64,000 bases of DNA from Octopus vulgaris (GCA_951406725.2 OX597814.1:204538001-204602000), one strand, 5' to 3'. Positions 50,147-63,063 are shown, counted from the stretch's first letter. Translations and numbers: made by a program. The notes: generated by a model from the letters alone, not told the origin.

Positions 50147-50508
50147 TCAGATGAAGGGCTCCAAGACTGTTGATGGCATGGGATTTATCTCCAGACTGGC
50201 AGCTGGGTCTGAATGCTTGCAATACCATGGCCCCACTGAAGGTATCCAAAGGGCAGGCAGAGGTATCAGAGTGAGAAATGGAGTCTGTCACCCAATAACA
50301 GTAAGGGTTTGGCCTCTCCAACTAGTTTTGTGCAACACAGTTTTCATAAAGCAAATTTCCCTCATAACACTTTGGTCAACAAAAAATTATAGTAGAAAGC
50401 AATTTTCCAAAGTTTCCATGCAGCTGGATTGAACCCCAAATCACACTGCTGTAAAGTGACATAAAAACAGCAGTTCTTATCAGGTTATCAACAACAGATT
50501 CAGTGTCT

Positions 50509-50549
50509 GCAGCTGATGAAGCATAACAATGCAGAAATATGTGTCTTAC
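50509..50549 (+). ncRNA. Degenerate minimal hammerhead motif
   Basis: CTGATGA-A-GCAT aaca ATGC-A-GAAA-TATGTGTC. Stem I is poorly preserved. Confidence 0.4.
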
Positions 50550-51219
50550 AATCTGAAGACACTATTTATGGCTGCATGGTGTGTTTTTCACACACCATTG
50601 TCTATAAAGAATTTCTCTCCTGAGATAGTATCTGCAGCCAAGGTCTTTCCATCTTTGAGTGTTCATGAATGTGCTTACTGTAAGTTTCATGTGATCACAT
50701 GATCAAACAGACTATTTGATATTTTCATACACTGCTAGTCCACAATGTGCTCTGTGTCATTTTTTAGCTTTCGAATGATGCCACCCTGCTGGTGAGGTGA
50801 GGAGGCCAATATCTCCATGATCAGAAGACCAGTCCATCTTAGGGTGTACCCATTTACAGTTGAGTGGACTGGAACAATATGAAATGAAGTGTTTTGCTCA
50901 AGAACACAACTTGCCCCTTGCTCAGGGAATCAGACCCATGACCTAGAAATCATGAGTACGTCACCTTAACGACCAGGCCATCTGCCTTTATGACTATAAT
51001 TGTACACACCTTTATTTCAATCATCATAGCTCAGTATGCCTCTGGTTACTAGAATTCACATTTCTTATTTCAAATTTAAAAAGAAAATAATTGTATTCTA
51101 AAACAATTGGCATGTTAATTATAACGAAGTAAAACAAATGTCATCCTTAGTTGGAAGTCAATCCTTTTGTGTGTAAGAATAATTTAGAACTTCAATGATT
51201 TTATATTTATTTCTACCAG

Positions 51220-51300
51220 CGAACTATCACTGATCTGATTGATTCAAAGAAAATGTATTCATTGGGCAGAACTACATTCCGCATTAAAATATCAAGTAAT
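51220..51300 (+). CDS. Stabilin-like exon 14 (RTITDLIDSKKMYSLGRTTFRIKISSN)
   Basis: ttctaccag| acceptor, |gtaagt donor. 81 nt open, with the YSLG motif at the TLQG-equivalent position. Confidence 0.85.
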
Positions 51301-51508
51301 GTAAGTGAATTTTCTTTACCCGGTTTCAATAATAAGATTTTTTTCTTTCATGTGGTTATTTATTTATATGTATATAGACAAATATAGGTACATATGTATG
51401 TGTATATGTATCTATATATATAGATATATACACACATTCATTCGCTAAGCTGGACTGCTGAAATCTACAATTTTTTGTCAATCTCTCTCTGTTTATTTTC
51501 TCTTATTC

Positions 51509-51544
51509 CTTTCTGTCGAAGAGCGTAGGCTCGAAACGTAAAAG
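51509..51544 (+). ncRNA. Minimal hammerhead-like motif (A6U core variant)
   Basis: CTTT-CTGTCGA-A-GAGC gtag GCTC-GAA-ACGT-A-AAAG. Confidence 0.6.
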
Positions 51545-51857
51545 ACTTTTTCATTTTCTCAAGTGTCAAACTAATGCACTTGCTTGTTCTTCATACACCT
51601 GTCTTCATCTTTTGTATAAAATTCAACTATATATATATATATATAAATAAGTATATAATAAATATTAGGGAATGAATCCAAAATTACAGGGAAAAATCAG
51701 ATTTAGGGTTAAATCCAATTTTATAGTAAAATATTATATGATATAATTCGAGACAAAACCACTATTTTAAAACCAAACAAGGAAAGACTTAATCAATACA
51801 TAAAATTTTAATATAAATTAAGTAAACCGCCACTACAAATGTTTCATGTCTGCTACC

Positions 51858-51982
<125 letters not shown>

Positions 51983-51984
51983 TA

Positions 51985-52020
51985 TATATAAATATGTTTG
52001 GAGAACGGACGTTAAACGAA

Positions 52021-52073
<53 letters not shown>

Positions 52074-52111
52074 TATATATAAATAAGTTTGGAGAACGGA
52101 CGTTAAACGAA

Positions 52112-52152
<41 letters not shown>

Positions 52153-52190
52153 TATATATAAATAAGTTTGGAGAACGGACGTTAAACGAA

Positions 52191-52237
<47 letters not shown>

Positions 52238-52275
52238 TATATATAAATAAGTTTGGAGAACGGACGTTAAACGAA

Positions 52276-52311
<36 letters not shown>

Positions 52312-52378
52312 GTATATATATAAATAAGTTTGGAGAACGGACGTTAAACGAATGATATATATATATATATATATATAT
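51985..52378 (+). repeat. Minisatellite of five units, GTTTGGAGAACGGACGTTAAACGAATGA + variable (TA)n
   Basis: Read directly. The core equals the RTE 3' terminus. Confidence 0.9.
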
Positions 52379-52909
52379 CTTTATACACACACATACCTAT
52401 ATGTATATATATTTGAATGACATGTTTCACTGGACATTTAAGACAGTAAGACAAACAACAATTAACCTCTTGCATCATATTTCTTCTGAAATACGCTGTC
52501 TTTTGTTTCAATTAAACTTGAAAATAATGAAGAATTTAGTAAGACATCTATGCCATAAATTGTTATTTGGAATAAAAATTAACTTGAAATTTTCATGGAG
52601 GGGTTTAATCTAGAGCCCTTTAAAGCAGGAAGTTTGTATCATAGACTTGGAACCGTCTTGGGTGGGTTAGTATCTAAAAAGGTAACAATTAATATTTCAG
52701 TCCATTATCAAGGACATAGTTAATTCACTACAGTGCAGCTTCTCTGAAATGCCAGTGGTAGCATTCTGAAGAACAGTACAACTTTATTAAAAGCTTTAAA
52801 ATAGAAAACAAATAACTAAATAATATTCCATATTAACTATTTTTTTTGTTTGTATTTAAATTTCATAATGAATTTCAGTGCTTACAAAATATTTTGTGTC
52901 TTTGAGTAG

Positions 52910-53065
52910 GGTCAAATTCATTTTGGTCCGAATGCAAACATGACTCAATCAGGTGTTCCAGTGAAGAATGGAATTGTTCACTTAATCGAAGGTTTACTCT
53001 TTCCTGATGATTTGGAAACTCTGGTGCCCCATAACTGTGATAATGTAACCATCAAAGCTGTTCAT
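52910..53065 (+). CDS. Stabilin-like exon 15 (GQIHFGPNANMTQSGVPVKNGIVHLIEGLLFPDDLETLVPHNCDNVTIKAVH)
   Basis: gagtag| acceptor, |gtaagt donor. FAS1 H2 NGIVHLIEGLLFP followed by the stabilin-like PH.CD linker. Confidence 0.93.
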
Positions 53066-55774
53066 GTAAGTATTAAAGATTTTGGAATAATATTGTTATA
53101 TTATTATTTTTCGTGGATGCAGGCTTAGCTGGGTGGAGGTTCTTGTCTCCCCCTTGTAAACATAAGGACACAGAAAATGTGTCAAGGCCGACAGGAAGCG
53201 TTGATGCTTCGTAGAGCTAAATAGTGGTGGTGTGATTCCTTTCATGGGACTGTCACATTGAGCTGACACTACTGCTTATATCTCCCTGAGGATCAGAATC
53301 GAAATCGATCAATGGAAATCGATCAATGGAAATTGCAGATGTGTTACCAGTGCCGGTGGCATTTAAGAGAACCTTCCGTTTCGCGACCGTTGCCAGCACC
53401 GCCCCGTTTCGTGTCTGTTGCCAGCCTCGCCTGGCCCTCGTGCTGGTGGCACATAAAAAGCATCATCCGTTCGTGGCCGTTTGCCAGCTCTGTCTGGCAC
53501 CTGTGCGGGTGGCACGTAAAAAGCACCCACTACACTCACGGAGTGGTTGGCGTTAGGAAGGGCATCCAGCCGTAGAAACACTGTCAGATTTGACTGGGCC
53601 TGATGAAGCCTTCTGGCTTCACAGACCCCAGTAGAACCGTCCAACCCATGCTAGCATGGAAAACGGACGCTAAACGATGATGATGATGATATTTAGAAAT
53701 GTAATATTTCTATTATTGTTATATTATTTTATAAAAAACATTGCAGAGACTTAGAGGGAAAATACAGAAAACATTCTCAACAATTTAAAGTATTAGACAC
53801 AAACTTAAAGAGATTTCATAATAAAAAGAAGTGTCAAGTGTTAGTGTTTGTATTTGAACCTAAACAGGTGCTGCATTGAACCAAACTGGGGTAATTTCGT
53901 TTTATCATATTGTTGTAGAACAATATGATAATATAACTGTTGTAAATGGTATCTTGTAAAACTGGGAAGGAACAATGCGTAGCTTTTCTCATGTTTCTAC
54001 ATATTTACAGTTGAACACATCAAAACCTATCAATGTAAGGTTTAGTTATAATGTTCCTCATCAGAATATACATCTGGTGGTACCAGGACAGGTTTGCTTT
54101 CATTGCTTTGATGATTTCTTGGACTCAAAGTTAAAGGGTAGAATCTTACAATCACTTGTATTTTCGATACAATTCCTAAATGTTCCTGGTCTAAATTCAT
54201 CCCATGACATCCCCTAAACTTTGAATGTGATGCCCTTTGTTTCAGGAGTCAGTGATCTAAATATGCAATGAAATTACTTGAACTCAAACTTAGCTAATTC
54301 ACACATTGGGATGGTCATGGATGGAATGTCTTTAATCATAGGTCTTCTCAACCAAGGTGGTATTGAGATTAACTGACAACCTAATAATGAGTAGTCTCAG
54401 TAATACAATGAATTATATCAGAATCTATTCAGTTTTAAAACGGTAAAAGTTGGTATCTCAAAGAGAAAGTTGTTTTGCCTTAGTCTTCTGAGAAAGAACA
54501 GCTACTGGTGGGCCTTCTTAACTGTGGCATCAGTGTTGCAGAACATTAGATTAGGAAACTGTCACAAGGAAAAATATAAATCTGTGGTGACTTTTCATTT
54601 GTTTGGTGTTAACTTGAATAGAAAACATCTAAATATTTTGAGTTGTTATAAATATGATAAAAGAATGTTAGATCTTGATAAAAGAAATGTTGGGTTGTTG
54701 TCCTTGCATTAATTCATAAATGTCTGCAATGCCTTACTGCAAACTGACTTGACATTCTCAGCATCTAAACATAGAATGTGATTTCCTTTGCTACTTTATG
54801 GTATTGATGGATTGGGAGAATAAAAAAGGAATAAATAGAATTCAGAATATGATGTTCATTAAATATTAGTGGGGTGTTTCAGTGCTGAGATTAATAAAGG
54901 AGAACCATCATCATTATCCTTTAACGTCCGTTTTCCAGGTTTAGATGGTTTGACAGAGGACTGGCAAGCCAGGAAGCTGCACCAGGTTCTAATCTGATCT
55001 GGCAAGGTTTCTACAGCTTGATGCCCTTCTTAATGCCAACCACTCCGAGCGTGTAGTGGGCGCTTTTCACGTGCCACCAGCACAGGAATTAGTCAGGGGG
55101 CATTGGCATTGACCACGTTTGGATGGTGCTTTTTAAATTCTGTGGCACAGGAGCCAGTTTGTGCGAGGGGGGGGGCATTGACCATGTTCAGATGGTGCAT
55201 TTTACTTTCTACCGGCAAGGGGAGCCAGTTAGGTGGCACTGGAAACGATCCACGCATGAATGGTGTTTATTGCATGTCACCAGCATGAGAGCCAATCAGG
55301 TGACACTGGCATCGGCCACAACTACAGTTTCCATTTGATTGTGATTTGATTTGATTTTGATTTTACTTGACTCAGTAGATCTCCCTAAGCACAGTGTGTT
55401 GCCCAACGATTCAAAGGTACTTTTTAAATGGGCTGGTTATGCAACACTCGTGTAGGCTACGGCTGTGATCTCACTTTACTTGCCGGGTCTTCTCAATCAC
55501 AGCATATTTCCAGAGGTCTTGGAGGTCTTGGATATACAAGGATTATTGTTATCCACAAAGGAGTTACTGTTTGTGCAGTCTAATACAATGATGTTGTATA
55601 CTAGACAAGCCAAATTACTTAATGTTTGTACAAAACACTGCAAAATTTGAGAAAGACACTCGTAATAATCTGACATGATGACAAAAAAACATTTCTAGCC
55701 CTTTTAGCATTCAAATTTCTTTGTCAAATGCATTATTTAATTAGTTAACATTGTTTTGAATTAGTCACATATCA

Positions 55775-56118
55775 TTTTACTCTTTACTCTTTTGCTCTTT
55801 TACTTGTTTCAGTCATTTGACTGCAGCCATGCTGGAGCACCACCTTTAGTCAAGCAAATGGATTCCAGGACTTATTCTTTGTAACCACTAAGTTACGGGA
55901 ACGTAAATACACCAACATTGCTTATCAAGTGATGGTGGGGGGGATGAACACAGACACATACATACATACATATACGACAGGCTTCTTTCAGTTTCTATCT
56001 ATGAAGTCCACTCACAAGGCTTTGGTCAGCCAAGGCTATAGTAGAAGACACTTGCCCAAGGTGCTACGCAGTGGGACTGAACCCAGAATCATGTAGTTGG
56101 CAAACAAGCTTCTTACCA
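55775..56118 (-). mobile_element. SINE family A nested in a piggyBac-type MITE (~55698-56225)
   Basis: Family A reverse complement flanked by CCCTTTTAGCATT ... AATGCTAAAGGG|TTAA. Other family A copies at 45645-45974, 48785-49216, 57025-57447 and 61541-61909 (all minus). Confidence 0.75.
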
Positions 56119-56311
56119 TGAATGACATTGTTGGGTAGGTATGAGAGGCTGGATCTGGTCAGTTTTAACGTAATACAGGGAGAATATTTGGGTCCGATAT
56201 GGCTGGATTAAATGCTAAAGGGTTAAAAGGTTTTTTTTTATTGAAACTAAAATTTTAAACTTAATGTTATTATTTCCTCCAATAATCGCAAAGCAAAATT
56301 CTATATTGCAG

Positions 56312-56371
56312 GGAGAATGTGGTCTGTGCGAGAGTGATCTCCATTGTTTGCAGCCTTCTGATATACCAACA
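56312..56371 (+). CDS. Stabilin-like exon 16 (GECGLCESDLHCLQPSDIPT)
   Basis: ttgcag| acceptor, |gtaagt donor. G.C..C.....C Cys-rich linker. Phase 0 to 0. Confidence 0.87.
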
Positions 56372-56450
56372 GTAAGTAGTGTTTCTGTTTTGATCAGGGT
56401 TAGTATTGTAAATATCTCAAATGAATCAAGAGGTTTGAAGTAAAATGTCT

Positions 56451-56614
56451 ACTGTAATCATTTATACATTATTTACATTATTTGCATTTGATGGATATTT
56501 GTCCTCATCTTATTTGTTGTTAACACAACGTTTCAGCTGATATACCCTCCAGCCTTCATCAGGTGTCTTGGGGAAATTTCAAACCTGGGTTCTCATTCCC
56601 AAGGTATTTTTCGA

Positions 56615-56650
<36 letters not shown>

Positions 56651-56910
56651 CATTATTTAGGTCACTGCCTGGAATCAAACTTGGAATCTTGGGGTTAGTA
56701 GCCTGTGCTCTTAACATCGAAAAAATACCTTAGGAATGAGAACCCAGGTTCGAAAATTCCCCAAGACACCTGATGAAGGCTGGATGGTATATCAGCTGAA
56801 ACATTGTGTTAACAACAAATATGATGAGGACAAATATCTGTCAAATGTAAATAATGTAAATAATGTACATAATTCCTCATCTCTTAAATATAGGACTGTA
56901 ATCATTTATA
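56451..56910. mobile_element. Hammerhead-bearing foldback insertion (Penelope-like), ~150 bp arms, 16 bp TSD
   Basis: TSD ACTGTAATCATTTATA at 56451-56466 and 56895-56910. Hammerheads at 56522-56567(-) and 56765-56810(+). Confidence 0.85.
56522..56567 (-). ncRNA. Minimal type I hammerhead ribozyme motif, intact core
   Basis: GACAC-CTGATGA-A-GGCTG gagggtatat CAGCT-GAA-ACGT-T-GTGTT. Confidence 0.78.
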
Positions 56911-57237
56911 ACAATATAAAGAGATTAAAGGAGATGCCTCGTTGGCAAATTTGGATTACTGTCATCTGCTTCTTTAATAATATCCGTGGGGATGGTCGGA
57001 TAATATATCTGTTATCTTTTATTATTTTACTTGTTTTAGTCATTAGACTGTGGCCAAGCTGGGGCACCACCTTGAAGAACTTTTAGCTGAATGATTTGGA
57101 CCGACTACTTGTTTTTTTTTTGAAGCCTGGTACATAATCTATTGATCTCTTTTGATAAACTGCTAAGTAATGGGGACATAAACAAACCAACACCTGTTGT
57201 CAAGTGGTGTTAGGAGACAAAGGCCAAAAGTACAAAG

Positions 57238-57278
<41 letters not shown>

Positions 57279-57499
57279 ACACACACATGACAAGCTTTTT
57301 TCAGTTTCTGCCTACCAAATCCACTCACAAGGCGTTGGTTGGCCTAAGACTTTAGCAGAAGACACTTGCCCGAGGTGCTATGCAGTGGGACTGAACCTGG
57401 GACCATGTGGTTGGGAAGCAAACTTCTTACCATGCAGTCATGCCTGCATCTAGTTTATGGATGTAGTGTCATTTTTCAGGGGCCAACTTGAAATGTATT

Positions 57500-58370
57500 T
57501 TAACCTTTGTGATCCCATATTTCGGCTGAATTACTCTGACTTTTCCTTTGAATTAATTTTGAAAGCAATGAAGAATTTAGTAAAATAATTATGTCATTAT
57601 TAACCCTTTTGACCCCAACCTGGCTGAAACCGGCTCTGGCTCTGTAGTACATATGTCTTATTTTCAAAAGTCTTGAATTAAAATCTTCCACCAAACCTTA
57701 GTCACAATTTATGTTCCTAACACTAGCTGAATGATAACTAAGTTATTTTACTGAATTCTTTGTTATATTTAATGTAATTGAAAGAAACACAGAGCATTTC
57801 AACATAAATGCAGTAACGAAAGGGTTAAGCTGGTGTTTGAAACATAACCATGAAATTCTTTAGAAGATTTTAATTTAGGGAGATGTACTTGCATAGCAAA
57901 TGACCTGATCTAAGTTCATGTGCTGGAACGAAAACGATTACAGCGTGGAAGGTGTTTATAAGGCATTTAAGAAACACACAAAAACCGTTAGATTCACATC
58001 AACATTTAAATTTAATTTGCCAAAATATTTTCATCACTTTGAGACCACAACCTGTTCACTGACAAAATTCTATGCTGCATCTGAGAAAGTAACAGTTAGT
58101 TCATGATTTAACAGTTACTAACTGTTACTTTCTCAGATGCAGCACAGAATTTTGTCAGTGAACAGGTTGTGGTCTCAAAGCGACGAAAATATTTTGGCAA
58201 ATTAATTTTAAATGTTGAAGTGAATCTAACGGTTTTTGTGTGTTTCTTAAGTAGCTTATAAACACCTTCCATGCTGCAATTGTTTATTTTGATTTAGATC
58301 ACATTAAAGCCAGGAATTTGTATCATAGAGCCAAAGACAACTTCAGACAGATTGGTATCAAAAGGGTTAA
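57500..58370. mobile_element. piggyBac-type MITE containing an inverted nested MITE (57604-57824, TTAA TSD) and a foldback insertion (57879-58285)
   Basis: TTAA|CC...AGGG|TTAA at both nesting levels. The inner foldback is flanked by ATTTT(A/G)ATTTAG. Confidence 0.8.
58151..58201 (+). ncRNA. Minimal hammerhead motif with a G3/C8 swapped core (mirror copy 58016-58066 on minus)
   Basis: TTTGTCA-GTGAACA-G-GTTG...CGAC-GAA-AATATT-T-TGGCAAA, with a 7 bp stem I. Confidence 0.65.
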
Positions 58371-58408
58371 ACACGAAATATATTTTTAATTCCTTATTCT
58401 TTTCTCAG

Positions 58409-58504
58409 GATAAAATATATAAAAACTGCACCTACCAAATAAACCTGAAATACACTTATTCTAGGCGGAAAGGTTGTCAACGAATTTGTCGTCGAAAAGT
58501 AATT
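58409..58504 (+). CDS. Stabilin-like exon 17 (DKIYKNCTYQINLKYTYSRRKGCQRICRRKVI)
   Basis: ttctcag| acceptor, |gtaagt donor. C.Y...GC...C linker motif as in stabilins. Confidence 0.9.
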
Positions 58505-59404
58505 GTAAGTACATTCTATTCTTTCTTTCTCAACTCTAAGCACAGACATTAGATATAAAATACACTATTCCATTCTATGAGACAAAGAACTTGTCCTTCA
58601 GTTAACATGCCATATATCATTGCTCTTACTGTTTCTTCCTTTTCCTCCCTTTGTCATAAAATTGGTCTCAAAGTTTTAAAATAGAGATTATGCATGTGTA
58701 ACTCTTCAAAATAGGGGGTAAAGAAAATGTGGCTGTTTACTAATTTTAATATAATTTTCTGATGGATCCTTCATAGCGTTTGGTACTTTTGGTGCTATCT
58801 ATGGCAAATATTTTGGAGTTTTATATATATATAGGATTATATTATTGATATATATAGGATAAATATTGGTGAGTATAGAGGAGTGTATGCACATGCATGT
58901 GCATGCACACATACACACACACACACAAGCATATACCATCATCATCATCATCATCATCTTTTAGCATCTGCTTTCCATGCTGGCATGGGTTGGACGGTTT
59001 GACTGAGGACTGGCAAGCCAGGAGGCTGTATTAGGCTCCGATCTGTTCTGACAAGGTTTCTACAGCTGGATGCCCTTCCTAATGCCAACCACTACGAGAG
59101 TGTAGTGGCGGCTTTTTACGTGCCACCAGCATGGGAGCTAGTCAGGTGGCACTGGCATATATATGTATACATTTGATGGGATTTGAACTTAGAAACTTAG
59201 CTCTTTTTGAACATAGCTCTTTTGGCTTTCTGCACTAATACTTTTCTACAGCTTTGTTAACAACAACAACATTTTCATCTAGTTCCCCACTCACCCTCTT
59301 CCCCCTGCTCCTCCCCCTTCTCCTCCCCTCCTCCACCTTTTCATCATCTTCGTGAACAACATCAACAACAATTATTTACTCAAACCATGATTTCTCTCTT
59401 TCAG

Positions 59405-59491
59405 GATCGTCAGTGTTGCCAGGGCTTTTTTGGTCCTAACTGTGAACCTTGCCCAGGAGGCTTAAACAACCCTTGCTACGGACGTGGCACG
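59405..59491 (+). CDS. Stabilin-like exon 18 ([29 protein letters not shown])
   Basis: tttcag| acceptor, ACG|gtaaat donor. CC.GFFGP.C..CPGG..NPC.G.G hallmark, repeating the motif of exon 1. Confidence 0.94.
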
Positions 59492-60224
59492 GTAAATTAA
59501 ACAAATTACAATCTTCATTATTTCTCTGCCATAACCTTATATATTTATATGTTTATATGGATTTTCAGCAAGGAAAGAGTTAACCCATGGCCCATATTTC
59601 CTTACTGGAAAGTTAAGTCTGAATCTTTTATCTTTTACTTGTTTCAGTCATTGAGCTGTGGCCAAGCTGGGGCAACACCTTGAAGAATTTTTAGTTGAAT
59701 AAATCAACCCCAGTACTTGCTTTTTTGTTTAAGCTTCATGCTTATTCTATCAATCTCTTTTGCCGAACTGCTAAATTTTGGGGACATAAACACAGCAACA
59801 CCGGGGACATACACAAACACAAAAACACACACATAGAAATATATATATATATATATATATATATCATCATCATCGTTTAACGTCCGTTTTCCACGCTAGC
59901 ACGGGTTGGACAGTTCGACCGGGGTCTGGGGAGCCAGGGGCTGCTCCAGGCTCCAGTCTGATCTGGCAGTGTTTCTACAGCTGGATGCCCTTCCTAATGC
60001 CAACTATATATATATATATAAGACAAAGTATGGAAACAAGTCCATGTAGATAACAATTTGGTCTAAATTTGGTTCTAATCACACATAGTATTAATTCCAG
60101 TTAAAATACTTAATGTAAGTCCCAAGAAAATGTAACAAGGTAGACAATGGAAACAGACAACAAATGTTCAAGTCAGGCAAACATTTCATGTCATATACAT
60201 TATTATTATTGGAAAAAATTCAAA

Positions 60225-60280
60225 GTCTTACAGCTGTTTCTGGGATTTCCCAGAGTATGGGATATTCCATCATCAGAGAC
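60225..60280 (-). ncRNA. Minimal type I hammerhead ribozyme motif, intact core
   Basis: GTCT-CTGATGA-TGGAATATCCCA tactc TGGGAAATCCCA-GAA-ACAGCTGT-A-AGAC. Confidence 0.82.
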
Positions 60281-61384
60281 AAATAGGGAGAATGAAAAGA
60301 GTATAGATTAATGAAATGACGACATAGAGGACAGGAGTAAAAGAATAAGGAGATGAAGAAAGAGAAGGTACCAAGGTACCATGCAGTGGGATTGAACCCA
60401 GAACCATGTGGTTGGGAAGCAAACTTATTTCTACACAGCCTGTTCTTGTGTATTGAACCTTTTTATTAGTTGAGGAAAATTACTAAAACCATGAGCAAAT
60501 GTGTAAATTTGTTTTGGACTATATGTGTGAGTATGTATTTATGGGATTATGTGTATGTTTGTGGGTGTATGTGTATGTGTGTAAGTATATGTTTATGTAT
60601 GTGTGTATGTGAAAGTGTATGTCTGTGTGCATGTTTATTTGTGTGTTTGTAAACATGTGTATGTATATACATGCGTGTGTATATATGTCGAAGTTTATAG
60701 GTATATCTCAGTGCATGTGAGAGTGTATGTGTATGTACATATGTGTGTATGTGTGTGTGTGTGTGAATGTGTGTGTAGATGTGTTTGTATGTGTCTACAA
60801 GTGTGTTTCTGCAACTATATTGAGAGTTGTATTGAAAATCCCATTGAAGACATATGGTCTCCCATGCTTGTGAACGCAGTGTATATGCATATATTTGTAT
60901 ATGTGCCCATGTATATACACATACATACTCATGTATATGTATGTACACGAGTGTATGTTTGGTGTATGACTTCATTTATGTGTGTGAGTGTACACGTGTG
61001 GGTGTATGCATGTAAATATGCAGGTATGTTTGTGTGTGTGGGTATATGGGTTCTTTTAATACATATTTTTTACAAAAATGTTAAATCTGTTTAGAGAATT
61101 ACATAAAAAATTGCAAAAAATCCCATTATGAATGTATGCGTCACTACTGAAATTATTGTGAGACAGAAATTCCTGAAGTCCATTTACGGAGAGATTTCTT
61201 ATCTAGTTTTAGATTTATTCTATTTTAATCCCTCCACTTTATGTAAAAATGACTGAATTCCTCATTCAGCTCATGGCTGAGATTTTCATTAACTGATTCC
61301 CAGGTGGTTCTTTCAGCCAGGAATGTTAAAAACATAAATAAATATCTAAATTACCAAATCATTTTATGTTGCAAAAAAAAAAAA

Positions 61385-61970
61385 AAACATACATTTTTCA
61401 TTATTTACATTATTTACGTTTGATGGAAATTTCAAACCCGGGTTCTAAATTTCCATAGGACACCTGAAGAAGGCTGGAGAGTACATCAGCCGAAATGTTG
61501 TGTTAACAACAAACAAGATGAGGACAAATATCCATCAAATACTCTTTTATTTGTTTCAGTCATTTGACTGCGGCCATGCTGGGGCACTGCCTTCAGTCGA
61601 GCAAATTGACCCCAGGCCTTATTCTATCGGTCTCTTTTGCCGAGCCGCTAAGTTACGAGGACATAAACACACCAGCATCGGTTGTCAAGCGATGTTGGGG
61701 GGAACAGACACACAGACATACACATACACATAAATATACATATATACTATAGGCTTCTTTCAGTTTCTATCTACCAAATCCGCTCACAAGGCTTTGGTTG
61801 GCCCAAGGCTATAGTAGAAGACACTTGCCCAAGGTGTCACGCAGTGGGACTGAACCTGGAACCATGTGGTTGATAAGTAAGCTACTTACCACACAGCCAC
61901 TCCTGCACCTATATGTAAATAATGTAAATAATTCCTCATCTCTTGAATATAGAGCTGAACATAAATTTTT
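61385..61970. mobile_element. Third copy of the hammerhead foldback family, interrupted by a family A SINE
   Basis: Flanks AACATA(C/A)ATTTTT. Hammerhead at 61459-61504: GACAC-CTGAAGA-A-GGCTG...CAGCC-GAAATGTT-GTGTT. Confidence 0.7.
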
Positions 61971-62289
61971 AATTTATTCTTTAGAAGAGGAAGGAAACCT
62001 GCTTGTGTGTGTATGTAAGTATGTATGTGTACATGTGTGTGTGTGTGCATGTGTATTTTATTCTTTGTCTTTTACAGGTTTCAACCATTAGACTGTGGCC
62101 ATGCTGTAGCAGTGCTCTGAAGAATTTTTTGTTGATCAAACTGACCCCAGTACTTATTTTCTCTCTTCTCTTTTAAGCTTGGGAATTCTTCTCTCAGCCT
62201 CTTTGGCTAAACCACTAATTTAGAGGAACATAAACACACCAGCACCTGTTGTCAAAGAGGTGGGGTGAGGCACAAATGCAGACTAAAAG

Positions 62290-62322
<33 letters not shown>

Positions 62323-62428
62323 GATATAGATATTTATATGCAGTTAAGTATATGTCTGGTTTTAACTGCTCTATTCTTTAGAGTGTGCTTCTTTCTCGGA
62401 TATATGATACAATGATGATATATAAGTA

Positions 62429-62473
<45 letters not shown>

Positions 62474-62949
62474 AAATATCAATGGAAACAGTAGTTGCCC
62501 ATGATACCTGTGCCAGGTGACACATAAAAAGCACCATCCGAACGTGGCCGTTGCCAGTGCCGCCTTGACTGGCTTCTGTGCCGGTGGCACATAAAAAGCA
62601 CCATCCGAACGTGACTGATGCCAACCCCGCCTCGATTGGCTTCTGTGCCGGTGGCACATAAAAAGCACCATCCGAATGTGGCCGATGCCAGCACCGCCTC
62701 GACTGGCTTCTGTGCTGGTGGCACATTAAAAAGCACCAACCAATCGTGGCCGATGCCAGACCCCTCTGGCACCTATGCAGGTGGGACATAAAAAGCACCC
62801 ACTACACTCGCGGAGTGGTTGGCGTTAGGAAGGGCATCCAGCTGTAGAAACACTGCCAGATCAGACTGGAGCCTGGTGCAGCCAGTCTGGTTTCCCAGAC
62901 CCCGGTCGAACTGTCCAACCCGTGCTAGCGCGGAAAACGGATGTTAAAC

Positions 62950-62991
<42 letters not shown>

Positions 62992-63063
62992 ATATATATT
63001 GATAAAAATGGTAAGACAACAAAAGAAAGAAAGAGACCTCGATGTTATGTAAATAGAAGAATT

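Noticed and set aside
51985-52378. CRISPR-like repeat-spacer appearance
   Set aside because: Eukaryotic intron, the 'spacers' are only (TA)n, the repeat is a LINE terminus, and there are no cas genes.
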